NCBI GenBank assembly: GCA_951406725.2
Contig: OX597816.1
Coordinates: 123,938,001 to 124,002,000 of the forward strand
Direction of reading: 5' to 3'
Source: Octopus vulgaris
Lineage: Eukaryota
DNA: 64,000 nucleotides
Below the pieces are notes generated by a model. That model saw only the letters and a list, made by a program, of their open reading frames with translations, was not told where the DNA came from and did no database searches. The translations under genes and the position numbers were made by a program. Below, piece after piece: positions 49,233-62,223 of this stretch. Within the stretch, counting starts at the first letter, position 1; each line of letters starts with the position of its first letter.

Positions 49233-51563
49233 GTGAAAAAAAGTGACACAAATGTAAAACCTGGAAACAACAAAGGGGAGCCTAATGATTATGATACTAT
49301 AAAAAGTAGAATAATCAAAGAAATGAAAGACACAGATCTCAAGATGGACCACCGACCATACCTCCCAAAAATCAAAATAGACAAAACAACAACATCAATT
49401 ATAAACAGCATAAACCTAGCCATCACAGAACTAATAGCCACTGAAACAAAAAGCGATATCATTGATCTAAATGACTTAGTATACGCAGCAGCCACTGCAG
49501 CCACAAAAGAAGCTGGATACTCACTCAAACCCATCCAAACAGAAGTACCACAACCCAAACAAACCCTGTGGTTAAATAACATCCAAAACAAAATACAAAA
49601 AATGAGAAAAGATCTATCGATTCTTAATGAAATCAGTAGACAATCAACGCTACTAAACAACAAAAAGAAAACAAAAATACTCCGCAAAGACAACATCACA
49701 GAAAAAGATTTACCTGAGAAAAAAGAAAAACTAAAGCAAGATATCCTTGCCAAAGCACAAAGGATCCGCCAGTACGAGAAATGCCAGCGCTTCTTTGAAC
49801 AAAACAAAAAGTTCAACTCCAACCCCAAAAAGTTCTACCAAGAACTTGGCAAAAATAAAATAGAAATCACTGCAGCACCAACGGCAGAAGAAGTGGAAGA
49901 ATTCTGGAGAGAAATATGGTCGGTGAATGAACAACCAAAAAAGAGGAGTATTAAACCAATAAACTCAGCATCTGAGCAACTTTGGACCCCCATAACAACT
50001 GAAGAGGTCACCCAGGCACTGCAAAGACTAAGCAACTGGAAGGCACCTGGGCATAACAAGATCCCCAACTTCTGGTTGAAATATCTAACAGGAATGCACA
50101 AAAAGCTGGCTGAAAACTTTAACAACATACTAGCAGAGCCAGAGACAATACCTGAATGGCTCACGAAGGGGAAAACCATCTTAATTCCTAAATCAAATGA
50201 GACAGCAAAACCAGAAAGCTACAGACCAATAACCTGTCTCCCTACAATGTACAAGGCATTTACTGCAGTGATATCGCAAAGGTTGAACAAGCACCTGGAT
50301 GAAAACAACCTGTTTCCAGAAGAGCAGAAAGGATGTCGCAAAGGCTCATATGGCTGTAAAGATCAACTAATGATTAATAAAGTCATAACTGAAGACAGCC
50401 ACAGAAAGAAGAAAGGCCTCAGTATGGCCTGGATCGATTACAAAAAGGCGTTTGATAGCATCCCCCACACATGGATCCTCAAAACACTAGCCATTAACAA
50501 AGTAGCACCAACAATTATAAAATTCATAGAGCACTCTATGAATAAATGGCAAACAGTGCTACAGCTCCAAACAAAAGAGGGACTCATGAAAACCAAAGCC
50601 ATCCCCATTAGAAGAGGAATATTCCAGGGAGACATGCTCTCTCCACTCCTTTTCTGCTTGGCACTGTCACCTCTATCTGATATGCTAAATAGAACTGGAT
50701 GCGGATATAAATGTTACGGCAAAACGATCAGCCACCTTTTATATATGGATGACCTAAAACTATACGCTGCAAATGACAAACAGCTGGAAACACTATTAAA
50801 GACAGTTCATGGATTTACCAAAGAAATAGATATGAAATTTGGATTAGAAAAATGCACCAAAGTAACCCTGAAAAGAGGAAAACTAGTTAAGATTAACAAC
50901 ATCACACTAGATAAAACCAATGAAATAAAAGAATTAGACCAAAGCCAAACCTACAAATACTTAGGAATCCATGAACTAGATAAGACACAACACACACAAA
51001 TGAAAGAGAAAATAAAAAAAGAATATTATAGACGAGTTAGATCAATACTAAAAACAGAGCTCAATGCTAAAAACAAGATAATAGGTATTAACACTTTAGC
51101 TGTCCCATTTATAAGTTACAGCTACAATATCCTTAACTGGACACTAAATGAACTGACCAAAATAGATAGGAAAACAAGAAAAATAATGACAGGATCTAGG
51201 ATGCATCACCCAAAATCTGACATAGAAAGACTATATATACAACGTATAGAAGGTGGTAGAGGCCTTATACAGCTGGAAAACTACTGTAAAATAACCACCA
51301 TAGGACTGCAAAAATATCTTTTTCAGAAGGAAGGAAAACTGATACAAATAGCGGCAAAACACGAGCAAAACAAAAATCTGTTCTCAGTATTTAAGGAAGC
51401 TGACAAATACAAACAAGAAATCATACCACCTAACAAATATGAAGAAGAAGAAGATGAAGAAACAACAAAAGCTATAAAACAAATGAAATCCAAGCTAAAA
51501 ATAGAACAGCAAAGAACCATGATAAAACGATGGCAAGAAAAATCCCAGCAATGGTTGAGATAA
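49233..51563 (+). CDS. Reverse transcriptase segment of the R4/Dong element (776 aa open frame, ended by an internal duplication)
   Basis: KAPG, YRPITCLP, EEQKG, WIDYKKAFDSIPH, GIFQGDMLSPLLF, HLLYMDD, YKYLG. Confidence 0.93.
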   Translation: MKKSDTNVKPGNNKGEPNDYDTIKSRIIKEMKDTDLKMDHRPYLPKIKIDKTTTSIINSINLAITELIATETKSDIIDLNDLVYAAATAATKEAGYSLKPIQTEVPQPKQTLWLNNIQNKIQKMRKDLSILNEISRQSTLLNNKKKTKILRKDNITEKDLPEKKEKLKQDILAKAQRIRQYEKCQRFFEQNKKFNSNPKKFYQELGKNKIEITAAPTAEEVEEFWREIWSVNEQPKKRSIKPINSASEQLWTPITTEEVTQALQRLSNWKAPGHNKIPNFWLKYLTGMHKKLAENFNNILAEPETIPEWLTKGKTILIPKSNETAKPESYRPITCLPTMYKAFTAVISQRLNKHLDENNLFPEEQKGCRKGSYGCKDQLMINKVITEDSHRKKKGLSMAWIDYKKAFDSIPHTWILKTLAINKVAPTIIKFIEHSMNKWQTVLQLQTKEGLMKTKAIPIRRGIFQGDMLSPLLFCLALSPLSDMLNRTGCGYKCYGKTISHLLYMDDLKLYAANDKQLETLLKTVHGFTKEIDMKFGLEKCTKVTLKRGKLVKINNITLDKTNEIKELDQSQTYKYLGIHELDKTQHTQMKEKIKKEYYRRVRSILKTELNAKNKIIGINTLAVPFISYSYNILNWTLNELTKIDRKTRKIMTGSRMHHPKSDIERLYIQRIEGGRGLIQLENYCKITTIGLQKYLFQKEGKLIQIAAKHEQNKNLFSVFKEADKYKQEIIPPNKYEEEEDEETTKAIKQMKSKLKIEQQRTMIKRWQEKSQQWLR

Positions 51564-51615
51564 CAAAAGCTATAAAACAAATGAAATCCAAACTAAAACT
51601 AGAACAAAAAGAACC

Positions 51616-52390
51616 ATGATAAAACGATGGCAAGAAAAGCCCCTTCGTGGTAAATACTGGACTAAACTAAATGCAAAAGAAATAGACAAAGAAAAATCCC
51701 AGCAATGGTTGAGAAGCTCAGGACTCAAAGCAGAGACAGAGGGATTTTTAATTGCAGCACAAGACCAAAGCCTCTCCACCAGAAATTACCAAAAACATGT
51801 AATGAAAAAGAATATAACAAGTAACTGCAGAATATGTGGAGATGGACAAGAAACAATAAATCATATTATCTCTGGCTGCTCAGTCCTGGCTAAGAAGGAA
51901 TATATTCACAGACATGACAGAGTTGGAACCTACATACACTGGAAGCTATGCCAACATTATGGAATAACAACAGAAAAAAGATGGTATAGGCACACACCAG
52001 AAAAGGTCACAGAAAAGGAGAAAGCAACCATACTCTGGGATATGCCGATACACACAGATAGAGAAATTAAGGCCAACAGACCAGATATAGTTGTCAGAGA
52101 TCATGAAGAAAAAAATGCTTTCTAATTGATGTATCAATACCGGCAGATGATGTGTCTCAAAAAGAAATGGAGAAACTTTCAAAATACAAAACCTGTAAAT
52201 ATAGGTAACCAGAATGTGGAATCTAAAAACAGAAACAATCCCTATCATAGTAGGTGCATTAGGCATGATAAAAAAAATATTCAGACAAATACATAACAAA
52301 AACACCAGGACTTACAAACACACATAACATACAGAAAATTGCACTACTAGGCACTGCACACATCCTATGCAGAACACTTTCCATACAATA
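51616..52390 (+). pseudogene. R4/Dong C-terminus: CCHC knuckle and restriction-like endonuclease, frameshifted
   Basis: CRICGDGQETINHIISGC, HRHD, RPDIVV, then LIDVSIP out of frame. Confidence 0.9.
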
Positions 52391-52485
52391 ACCATCAGAG
52401 CATCACAACAAATCACAGCACATACCCAAGGCACACAGAGCTACGCTCGGTAGTGAAGTGAAAGCACGCTATAAAAATAAAACTA

Positions 52486-52518
<33 letters not shown>

Positions 52519-52519
<1 letters not shown>

Positions 52520-52684
52520 GGTATAGGAATGGCTATATGGTAAGTAGCTTGCTTATGAACCACATAGTTCTGAGTTCAGTCCCACTGCATGGCACCTTGA
52601 GCAAGTGTCTTCTACTATAGCCTCGGGCTGACCAAAGCCTTGTGAGTGGATTTGGTAGACAGAAACTGAAAGAAGCCCGTTGTG

Positions 52685-52716
<32 letters not shown>

Positions 52717-52954
52717 AGTGTATGTGTGTGTATATGTTTGTGTGTCTGTGTTTGTCCCCCTTAACATCGCTTGACAACCGATGCTGGTGTGTTTACATCT
52801 CCGTAACTTACTGATTCAGCAAAAGAGACCGATAGAATAAGTACTAGGCTTACAAAGAATAAATCCTGGGGTCAATTTGCTTGACTAAAGGCGGTGCTCC
52901 AGCATGGCCACAGTCAAATGACTGAAACAAGTAAAAGAGAGTAAAGAGTAAAAA

Positions 52955-52956
<2 letters not shown>
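52519..52956 (+). mobile_element. SINE family A, full length, within (AAT)n
   Basis: Close match to 1556-1980. Confidence 0.92.
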
Positions 52957-52986
<30 letters not shown>

Positions 52987-53000
52987 GTAATAATAATAAT

Positions 53001-53594
53001 TGTCCTGATGCAGTATCAATGCCCTGATGCAGGATAAATGCCTTGATGCCATATCAGGCAGTGGCTCTCATGGCTTCTGTTCTTAACTGATTGGAAGTGT
53101 TATCATGTACATTGTTTTGTCTTGGTATAAAAGATGAGCTACATCAAATATTCTGCTCAATACCACAAATTTGTTTGCCAGTTGTTTGATTTTAACCAGT
53201 TGAGCATGTCCCTTAGTGGCTGATGATATGTGCATCTCTGATCATGAGCAGAAGTAGTGGGGGAACATCATAGTCATGTGTTGAGAGGGATTCTTTAGGG
53301 TTTGATTAATTCACCTCTGGGAACATGGGTGTTTCGTTCAACATCCTTAAACAACCTTTATTCAGGGACCTTTTGAGCAGGATGGGCTACTCGACCAGAA
53401 GAAAATTCTAACTGGGCCCCACCTGCAAGGTCATGTACTGTCTATCTTGATATGAGATCACCATGTCACGCACATATGGTTGTGATGCATGTACTTAGTG
53501 TACCCTTATCAGACGGGTAGTCATGATGGGTATACCGGGCTTTGTATAATTTACCCCAGTGTCACTTTGATGGCATGCACTGCTCTCTCACTCA

Positions 53595-53595
<1 letters not shown>
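53001..53595 (+). mobile_element. Non-coding repeat between (AAT)n tracts; longer copy of 7395-7722
   Basis: Direct similarity to 7395-7722; (AAT)n on both sides. Confidence 0.85.
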
Positions 53596-53645
<50 letters not shown>

Positions 53646-53879
53646 TTAATGGCGACAAGGGCACAAGATGTGGAGGACTATATTAAAGGATGGGTTACAG
53701 CACACAAAACAAACACAAACAAAATAAAAAAAAAATAAATAAAAGCAGGTGGAGTTTACATCAATCAAAGAAAGATACTACCGCATTAAGGGATATAACA
53801 GAGGATATATTATAGAAATTAGTAAAATGAATAAATAAATAAATAACAACTACAACAACAACAACAACAACAATAATAA

Positions 53880-55437
53880 ACCTTCAAATCCAGTCATATT
53901 AGATGCTGACACAGCTATAAAAGTAGGTGAGCAAGAACAAACCTATAAATACCTAAGAATAAATGAAAGCTCTGGCATTCAGCATGCAAGCATGAAAGAA
54001 AGGATCAAATAGGAATATTATAGGAAAGTTCAAGCAGTTCTTTGATGTGAGCTAAATGCACATAACAAGGTGCTAGCCATAAATTCTTCAGCAGTTCCAG
54101 TTGTTACTTATAATTTCTATGTATTGAACTTAGAATATCAGTGAAATAAAGAAAACAGATAAGGAATTCCATGCACGACCCAAAGGCAGAGGTGGATCAT
54201 GTTTACCATCTCAGGACACAAGGAGGTTAAAGCTTGATCCAGTTTGAACTTTCTGACAAAACTACTACAATTTGACAGGCCAAATATCTTGAAACATCTT
54301 ACAACTGGATGCTAAAACTGGATGCTATCTTGATGGAGAACAAAGAATTGCTATTGATTTTATCAATGACACCCAAGCTGAACAACCTGAAGGAAGTATA
54401 GCAACTGTTGTTGCAAAAAATGTAAAACTAATGACAAAGAAAACAAACCACATGAACACTTGGCTGATTGGTGGGAGCAGAAACCTCCTCTGCATGGTGA
54501 ATATGTGAACCATAGCAAACAAGCTGATGTTGACCAGAAGTACACCCAGCAGTGGCTACGAAGCTAAAGGCAGAGAGGGCAAGCTTCATCAGAACAAATG
54601 TTGTTCTGATCAATTTGGAATAATCTATTTTGCCTATATTGCTGCTCAAGATCAAAGCTTATTGACCTGGAACTACCAAGCCAATGCAATGAAAAATGGA
54701 ATAGATCCAAAGTGATGATTCTGCAATGATGTGATTGATACAGTAGACCACTTTATCTCTGGAGTTAAAGTCTTGGCACAAGTAGATTATAAATGAAGAC
54801 ATGACAGAGTTGGCCAGTATGTACACTGGTTAAAATGTTGGCATTATAAAATAAAAACTGTTGACAAGTGGTGTAAGCATCACTCAGAGGCTGTAACTGA
54901 GTGAGAAAATGTAATGATACTTTGGGACTTTCCAGTACATACAAACAAAACCATCAAAGTTGATAAACAGGATATTGTTGTAAAAGACCAAAATAGTAAA
55001 GTTTGTTTGTTGATTGACATGAGCATCCCTTGTAATCATAATATTATGGTAAAAGAATTTGACAAGCTCAGAAAATATAAAGATTTATTCACTGAAATTG
55101 AGAAAACATTATCATCTCAAGGTGGTTACAATAACTCTTGGAATGATCAAAACAGAACAGAAAATTATTTTAGAATGATTCCTTATTTACCATCCCTGTA
55201 AGAAGTATAAAAGCTCGTTTTAACTGGTACATCACACATATTGAGAAGAGCATTGTTGCTGTGAGAATGATTATCACCCACATAATTTTTTTCTCATAAA
55301 TACATTTGAATTTGTAAATGGAAATTCTGGTGTGTTTATTTTAATGGCCTATCAATGTATACAGTGAGTTTCTTTCCCACAGGAGATGGGCTGACTCTCA
55401 GCAAAATATGGAAACAAGATTGAGAGAAGAAAAACTC
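53880..55437 (+). mobile_element. Degenerate R4/Dong LINE, 3' portion
   Basis: EQTYKYL, AAQDQSL, RHDRVG, ILWDFPVHT..DIVV..LLIDMSIP. Confidence 0.88.
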
Positions 55438-55449
55438 ATAATAATGATA

Positions 55450-55700
55450 AAGTTCATAGACATTTCAATACCATTTACTAATAGAGTGGATATTAAAGAA
55501 GTAGAGAAAATCAAGAAATATAGGTGAGATGTAGAGATTGTGGAAGTCAAAGCTTAAAATCGTTCCTATTTTAATTGGTGCGATTGGCACAACATCCAAA
55601 TTGCTACAAGAATCCTTAGAAAGATTCTTGAGATTTGAGATTAGTTCTCACCAAACTGCAGGATAACATCCTTGCTTATAAAATTAGCATGTGACTGCTG
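55450..55700 (+). mobile_element. Short degenerate R4-like RLE C-terminal fragment
   Basis: DISIPF..KEVEKIKKY..KIVPILIGAIG. Confidence 0.65.
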
Positions 55701-55779
55701 TTAACTAATGATGATGATGATGATGATGAGGACGACGACGACGACAATGTATTAAACTGTTCTGCTAGTCTTTTATGCC

Positions 55780-57260
55780 ATTCTGTCAGCTTTTTTATCA
55801 AGTGCCCTTGAACATTGTCAGGTCCCGCTGCTTCCCAATTACTCATCTTCTTAACTTAGTTGTCACAAATTTCCTTATTTCTTCATGTTGTGGATAAGAA
55901 ACAGACACCTTCAGCTTTTGTAGCCACTCAGCCGCAGTGTTATGCTATTCTTTCTTATTCCTTTCAGAATATACGACTTTCTTCTGCTTGTAGTATAGTC
56001 AGTCCTTTCATGTTTTTTCTCCACTTATTTCTTGATAAAATTTGTTCTGATCAATTTGGAATAATCTATTTTGCCTATATTGCTTCACTCTTTGATCATA
56101 TCTTGTTAATTTTCCTCTCTTTGCCAAAATCTACTATTTTAGTTCTTCAATTACAACATTCAGCCCTTTTCTGTCAATACTATATTTTTTCTTCAATCTG
56201 TCATATTTATAAACATTCTTAAGCTCATCTTTCTCTTTCTTTCCAGTACCAATACATTAACAGCAAGCTTACCTATATCTCCTGCTATTCTTGTCCTCTA
56301 TTGGTGTTTGCTTTGTGAATTTCTCAGACTGTTTATTCTCTCATTGAATTTTAGCCTAAACTGTTCTGCAACAGCTCTACTAACTACCTCGATAAACCTA
56401 TTGGTTTCTGTTATGCTGCTTGTTTGTAAGTGCTACAACATTTTATTAACATCCATTGTTTCTTGGTTCAATTTCCATTGATTAGCTTTTAAAGACACAT
56501 ATACATTGTATATGTTGGGCATTTACTAGCTCTAACACATTAATTTATTAGTTGATCACCTGCAGTCAGCACATTGCTTGTATCTGTATTCTTATTTCTT
56601 CACTGCCCACAAGGGGCTACACACAGAGGGGATGAACAAGGACAAACAAATAGATTAAGTCGATTATATCGACCCCAGTGCGTAACTGGTACTTATTTAA
56701 TCGACCCCGAAAGGATGAAAGGCAAAGTCAACCTTGGCGGAATTTGAACTCAGAACGTAGCGGCAGACGAAATACCGTTAAGCATTTCGCCCGGTGTGCT
56801 AACATTTCTACCAGCTCACTGCCTTTTGTATCTGTATTCTTTTGATGAAAAAAGATATTTAATGTCATCAATTTCTCCATTTGCTATAATTTCAGACACT
56901 TTATTTTGAACAGTATCATCCAGGTCCACTATTTCTAATTCATTCTCCTGCACCTCATCTTTCTTGCCAGTATTATGCTAAACACTTTCATTAATTTGTC
57001 TCTTGATAGCTTCAAGTTCAAGACCAGATAACCATCCATTCTTTTGAATTATTCTTGCCTGTCACAAATCCTCTGGTCTGTACTTTCAAATAATCTTCAC
57101 CATTTCTGTTCACTATACATTCTCTGTCAAGCGACCCTTATAAGAAATTCCTTTTCATTTACTGGGTTACTCAAATTGTAGCACTCCATGATGACAATGT
57201 TTATCTGTATACTCCACTTCAACTGCTTTTTGTCCAATAGTTATCCTAAGTGGATTATTA
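55780..57260 (-). mobile_element. Very degenerate minus-strand LINE remnant, probably R4-like, interrupted by a SINE
   Basis: Patchy similarity only, e.g. ELEIVDLDDTVQNKV resembling the region near the RT KYLG motif. Confidence 0.4.
56594..56825 (-). mobile_element. SINE family B, young copy with a perfect 16-bp TSD
   Basis: TTGTATCTGTATTCTT at 56578-56593 and 56826-56841; CpG-rich intact head. Confidence 0.95.
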
Positions 57261-57269
57261 TGTATGTGT

Positions 57270-57490
57270 TTATTGAGCGAAAACACCTAAAAGCTCCACA
57301 AGGCTCCGGCAGCAGGTGGTGGTGACCCCTGTTATACTCTTTTGCCACAACTTTCTCTCACTCTCTCTTCCTGTTTCTTGTGTAATGCTGTGATGGACTA
57401 GCGTCTTGTCCAGCTGGGAGGAACACATATGCCACAGAAACCAGGAAACCGGGCCCATGAGCCTGGCTAGGCTTGAAAAGGGCGCATAGA
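57270..57490 (+). mobile_element. SINE family E, 3' part
   Basis: gatggactagcgtcttgtccag..gaaaccaggaaaccgggccc; related to 730-958. Confidence 0.6.
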
Positions 57491-59299
57491 AAAAAATTAT
57501 CAATTGAAGGAAAGAAGAGTTACAGGCATGAAAATCAAGTAAACTACAAACAATGCATTAAGCAGTTCACTCAAAGAGTGATACTGAGTGGATGTATCTA
57601 AACAGGCACAAAAGTGGGGTGAGGTTAGTCAAATGCTGGAGTTGTATATGCTTAGAAGAAAATAGCTTACAGTTACATCAAAAGTGCTATAGAACCCTTG
57701 TTGGTTTACGTGAGAATAACTGGTATAGTTAAGACAGATACTTGCATAAAAACTGAGGAGTACAAAGACAAAAGAAAATGGAATGGAGAAAAAGAACTGT
57801 TTTTGCAGTGTAGTTTCTACTGGAGGATTTTCATGATAAAGATTACAAAGAATTTCCTAACGGCTTTGGCCTGGCAGTGCTGTAGGAGTCTAACTTGTAT
57901 GGAGTAAATTCTACATGCATGGTTGTGGTAGAAAATTACACAGCCAGCAACTAAACCAGTTTGAGATGCATGCAGGGTGATTAGAACTCTCTGGTACACA
58001 CTTGTTCTGTGTCTGTACCGCTGCTATCAGGTTTATGTCAGTCAACTACTGTTAAATGTTGTGGGAGACATCTGACTCTCAGCTGAATCTGTTGGGATGA
58101 TTGATCCACCAGTTTCTTTTGTCAAGTAAGAACAGATTGCTTTTCTCTCTCTGGGAGCTATAATAAAACAAGTTATGAGATGGGTATACTTGAAAGTTTT
58201 GAGAACAGAACTTTTCTACACAAACTAAGCTCAATCTTGTCAAGTGCCACTTGAAGTAGGAGTTAAGGACAGAGAGAGATGAATCACTCCTCAGTAAATT
58301 TTAAGAAAGATAAATGAGAGAGTTGGAATTAGCATGGCTATATGGAACCACACTAGCCATGCAATCAAGGTTGGCAGTATGAATTGGGAGATGGTTCTTG
58401 TTTTTGTCACATTAGAATAATCTGAGGTTATCAGTGGTATGTACAACCTCATTATATATGGTTGTCCCCATTCCAGTCTGGGGAACATTTCTTTTTGTTG
58501 TTTCATTATTCATTGCTTTTATTGCTATACATTATTATATATTCCTCTACATGTCTTTATTACTATTGTTGATCTCACCCATTTTGCTTTTACTGGTTTT
58601 GGTTTGTTGTTTTCTATTCTATTTAGCCTATGTACAGTCTCCAAATTCTTGGATCTCATTGGCCAGTTAGAGAAAATCATCATTATCATTGTCATCGTCA
58701 TCATCATCGTCATTGTCATCGATGTTGTCATCGTCATCATCATCATCATCCTGAAGACATTTTCAACAAATTCCTTCAGCACCACCAAATGAATTTCTCT
58801 GTTCCTAAGATGTGCATATATTGTCTTTTGGGGGATACAATATTGTGTTTGGTGCTACATCTGTTTCATACTCCTGTGAAATTTGTTTTGTTGTTTTTAG
58901 TGTTATTCAATATTTTTCTCTATTGTATGTGCAATGTAAATTGCATTATTTTGTTTGGTTGATATCTGCATTCTGTATAATCTGTATGTTATGCATTTTA
59001 GTGCCAGACAACAATTATGTAAAGTATGTACTTTATGGCTTGCTTTAACATTATCAGGAGGTAACTGAATAGGACTTTAGTTGTTTGAATTACATGAGTT
59101 CCAACACATTGATTATATAAATATTGTGCATGTGTTGTTCGAGTGATTGTGAATGTGCAGAGTACATGTGATGCCTGTTGTATTACATATATTGTTTGAT
59201 GGTGGTTCTATAGAGTATTGGCTGTGATATTTTTATAGGAAGGCGATTGTATAGAGGTATGTGTTATGTTCAGAAAGTGTGATGCTTGATTTGTGCCAT

Positions 59300-60060
59300 T
59301 GAACTGAAAGTGTTATTCTGAGAAACTGGTTCTGCTTAGCAGGGCTAGCTTTTGAAGTGTGTGTCATGTGTTGAGTCTCCTGTATGGCCTTTTGTGTTGT
59401 GATTTATATCCTTTTTTTTATGATATCCAGTGCTCCATTACTAGCACTGTTTTTACTTCTATGTCTCCCTCATGCCATGCATATTTCAATTTCAAAATGC
59501 TAGTCCTTCGGCATTTTCTTTTCTTATTTCTGGTTCATGTCTTGATTAGTAGAGATCAAAATGTCTATTAGAGAACACAAACAAATTTGTTGTCACACTT
59601 GATCATTACATTTATAGATTGTTTTTCTCAATATATTTCTCAATCTGGTCTACTATGTCTTATATGACTGTGGCCAGTTCATTGTGCTGTACATGTTTAT
59701 ACCACTTCTTATCTATGTTCACTTTCAAGTGTTAGCATGGTGCCTTTTTGATATAATAGTCAACTCAATCATGAATGTGAATAAGAACTGGGAAACTAAA
59801 AATGATGTATTTAATCGACCCATTGTGCTGTTTGCACAGCCTGCACCTAGTAATTATCTGTGACTAGACATTAGTTTTGTACAGCTTTTAGTCCAAAGCT
59901 TTTGAACCATTATCACTTTCATTCTGGCTTGCTTTCTCTCTCTCATATCTTGTGGGGTGTTGACTATGGTATGAGTTTTATATTTTCTCTTTAGTTTTTA
60001 AAAAATTTCATCTGACATTTGTCCTTTGTTTTTTTAACCTTTTCTATTGTTTTGTCCTCG
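59300..60060 (-). mobile_element. Degenerate R4-like LINE 3' region
   Basis: Minus strand has aatggttcaaaagctttggactaaaagct (W..S.GLKA) after a K-rich linker. Confidence 0.5.
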
Positions 60061-60978
60061 TCTCTTTGTCTTCAGTGTAGTTAGCTTCTAGCTCATATTT
60101 TATTATTTCCTTGTGTGGAGAGAATAATATTATTCAATTTCCATTTGCTTCCTTCGACGTATTTTCCAAATTCAACACTTGTTAATTTGTAACAATTCTC
60201 TAATTGTATTAGAGCAGCCTGAGATGATGGATAGGTATTCTCTATTTCAGATTTTGGGTCTCAACATTAGAATATTGATAGTAAATTTGGGGGGATTTTC
60301 TTTTTCTGGTGCATAAAGTCTATAGGGAGAAATTTTTGCACAAAGACAAAATCACACAGTGAATACCTTTAAGAACTTGCTAAGTTGTTTTTGGAAGAGA
60401 GTATCTCACAGTACATACCTTTCATGTATTAGCGTGCAGGAACATGCAACTAAAAATTAATGCACACATCTTTATTGAAATGTGTGTGAGTGCATGTGTA
60501 TGTAAGTATGTATTAATGTGTAAGGCAGAGTTTCATATATAAATATAGTGGGATGAAGTACTTCAATTATTTGAAACTACCCTTGTAATTAGAACATAAA
60601 TCTCCCTTTAGATATAAATGAATTCTTAAGCAGCAGCCAGAAGGGATAAATGTAGGATACTTTTTAAGATGTTTTCCTCCATCTAATTACAATGTTCTTA
60701 ATAATTCTATATACATGTATACTTTAACAGTTCAAAGTTTAGGCAAATTAGATATGCTTTCCTGAGGAGTTCTAACAAATTTGAAACTTGTCCATTGCTT
60801 TCACTAGTTGGTGTTGAATTAAATATCCACTTCTAAATACATTTTCTTTATTTTGCAAAAATTTCGATTGAAGTTATCTACTTCAGTTGTTTTTAGATTT
60901 AAACACCCCTAGAAGCTAATCTCAGTTAATTGAACTTTTTGAACTCACTATATTACCCCTCCCTTACACATGCGTCAC

Positions 60979-61019
<41 letters not shown>

Positions 61020-61264
61020 TATATATATATATATATATATACACACGCATATATACACATATACATAAATATATATATATATTGTTTGTAAAGAACATAA
61101 ATTCAAAAGAAGAACACTCTAAGGTGTAGAGCAGTATATATTAAAAATAGGGAACACTGATTTATGGGATTACCTTAGGTGTCCTGTCCATAAAGGGTTT
61201 AGCTTTATGGTGCATTGTCAGATCTCCAAAACCTGTTGGCCCAAACCAGCATTCCCCATTTTCA

Positions 61265-61748
<484 letters not shown>

Positions 61749-62192
61749 TGTATATGGATATGTACATGTAGATATCTGCATATCTACAAACAATAATACT
61801 CACACACATGTACATATGAGTCTGCCTGTGTGCACACATATGTGTGTGCATGTACATGCACATGCAGGTGTGTTTGTATGTGTGTATGTGTGTTTGTGTG
61901 TTTGTGTTTGTGCATTGTAATTTTCAATTTAGATTACTAGTTTCTGTACACCCATTGGCATTGTCCAACTTTTCAATTTTCTTCAGTAATATCCTATTTA
62001 TGTCGCAAATTAATTAGGTATCACTCATATATTTCCAATATATTAGTACATTTCTAGCCTGGAGCATTTTATAAGCTTTACATTTTAAATGCTTGTGTAT
62101 ATGTATGTATTTGAATATGTGTGAATGTAAGTGTGACTGTCAGCATCTATGTATTTAAATTTACATTGTTATATGTGTGTAAGATATACAAA

Positions 62193-62223
<31 letters not shown>

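Larger units (their letters stand above)
48301..52488 (+). mobile_element. Near full-length R4/Dong-clade site-specific non-LTR retrotransposon in (TAA)n
   Basis: Myb-like RHKWTCEE, complete RT, CCHC and RLE motifs; (AAT)n flanks. Confidence 0.95.

Noticed and set aside
1556-56825. Functional tRNA genes at SINE heads; CRISPR-like arrays
   Set aside because: The heads have A/B boxes but no full cloverleaf and continue into SINE bodies. No constant repeat-spacer array exists and the DNA is eukaryotic.
60755-60800. CTGAGGA..GAAACTTGTC hammerhead-like motif
   Set aside because: Core order is right but stems I and II pair poorly; at most a decayed relic.
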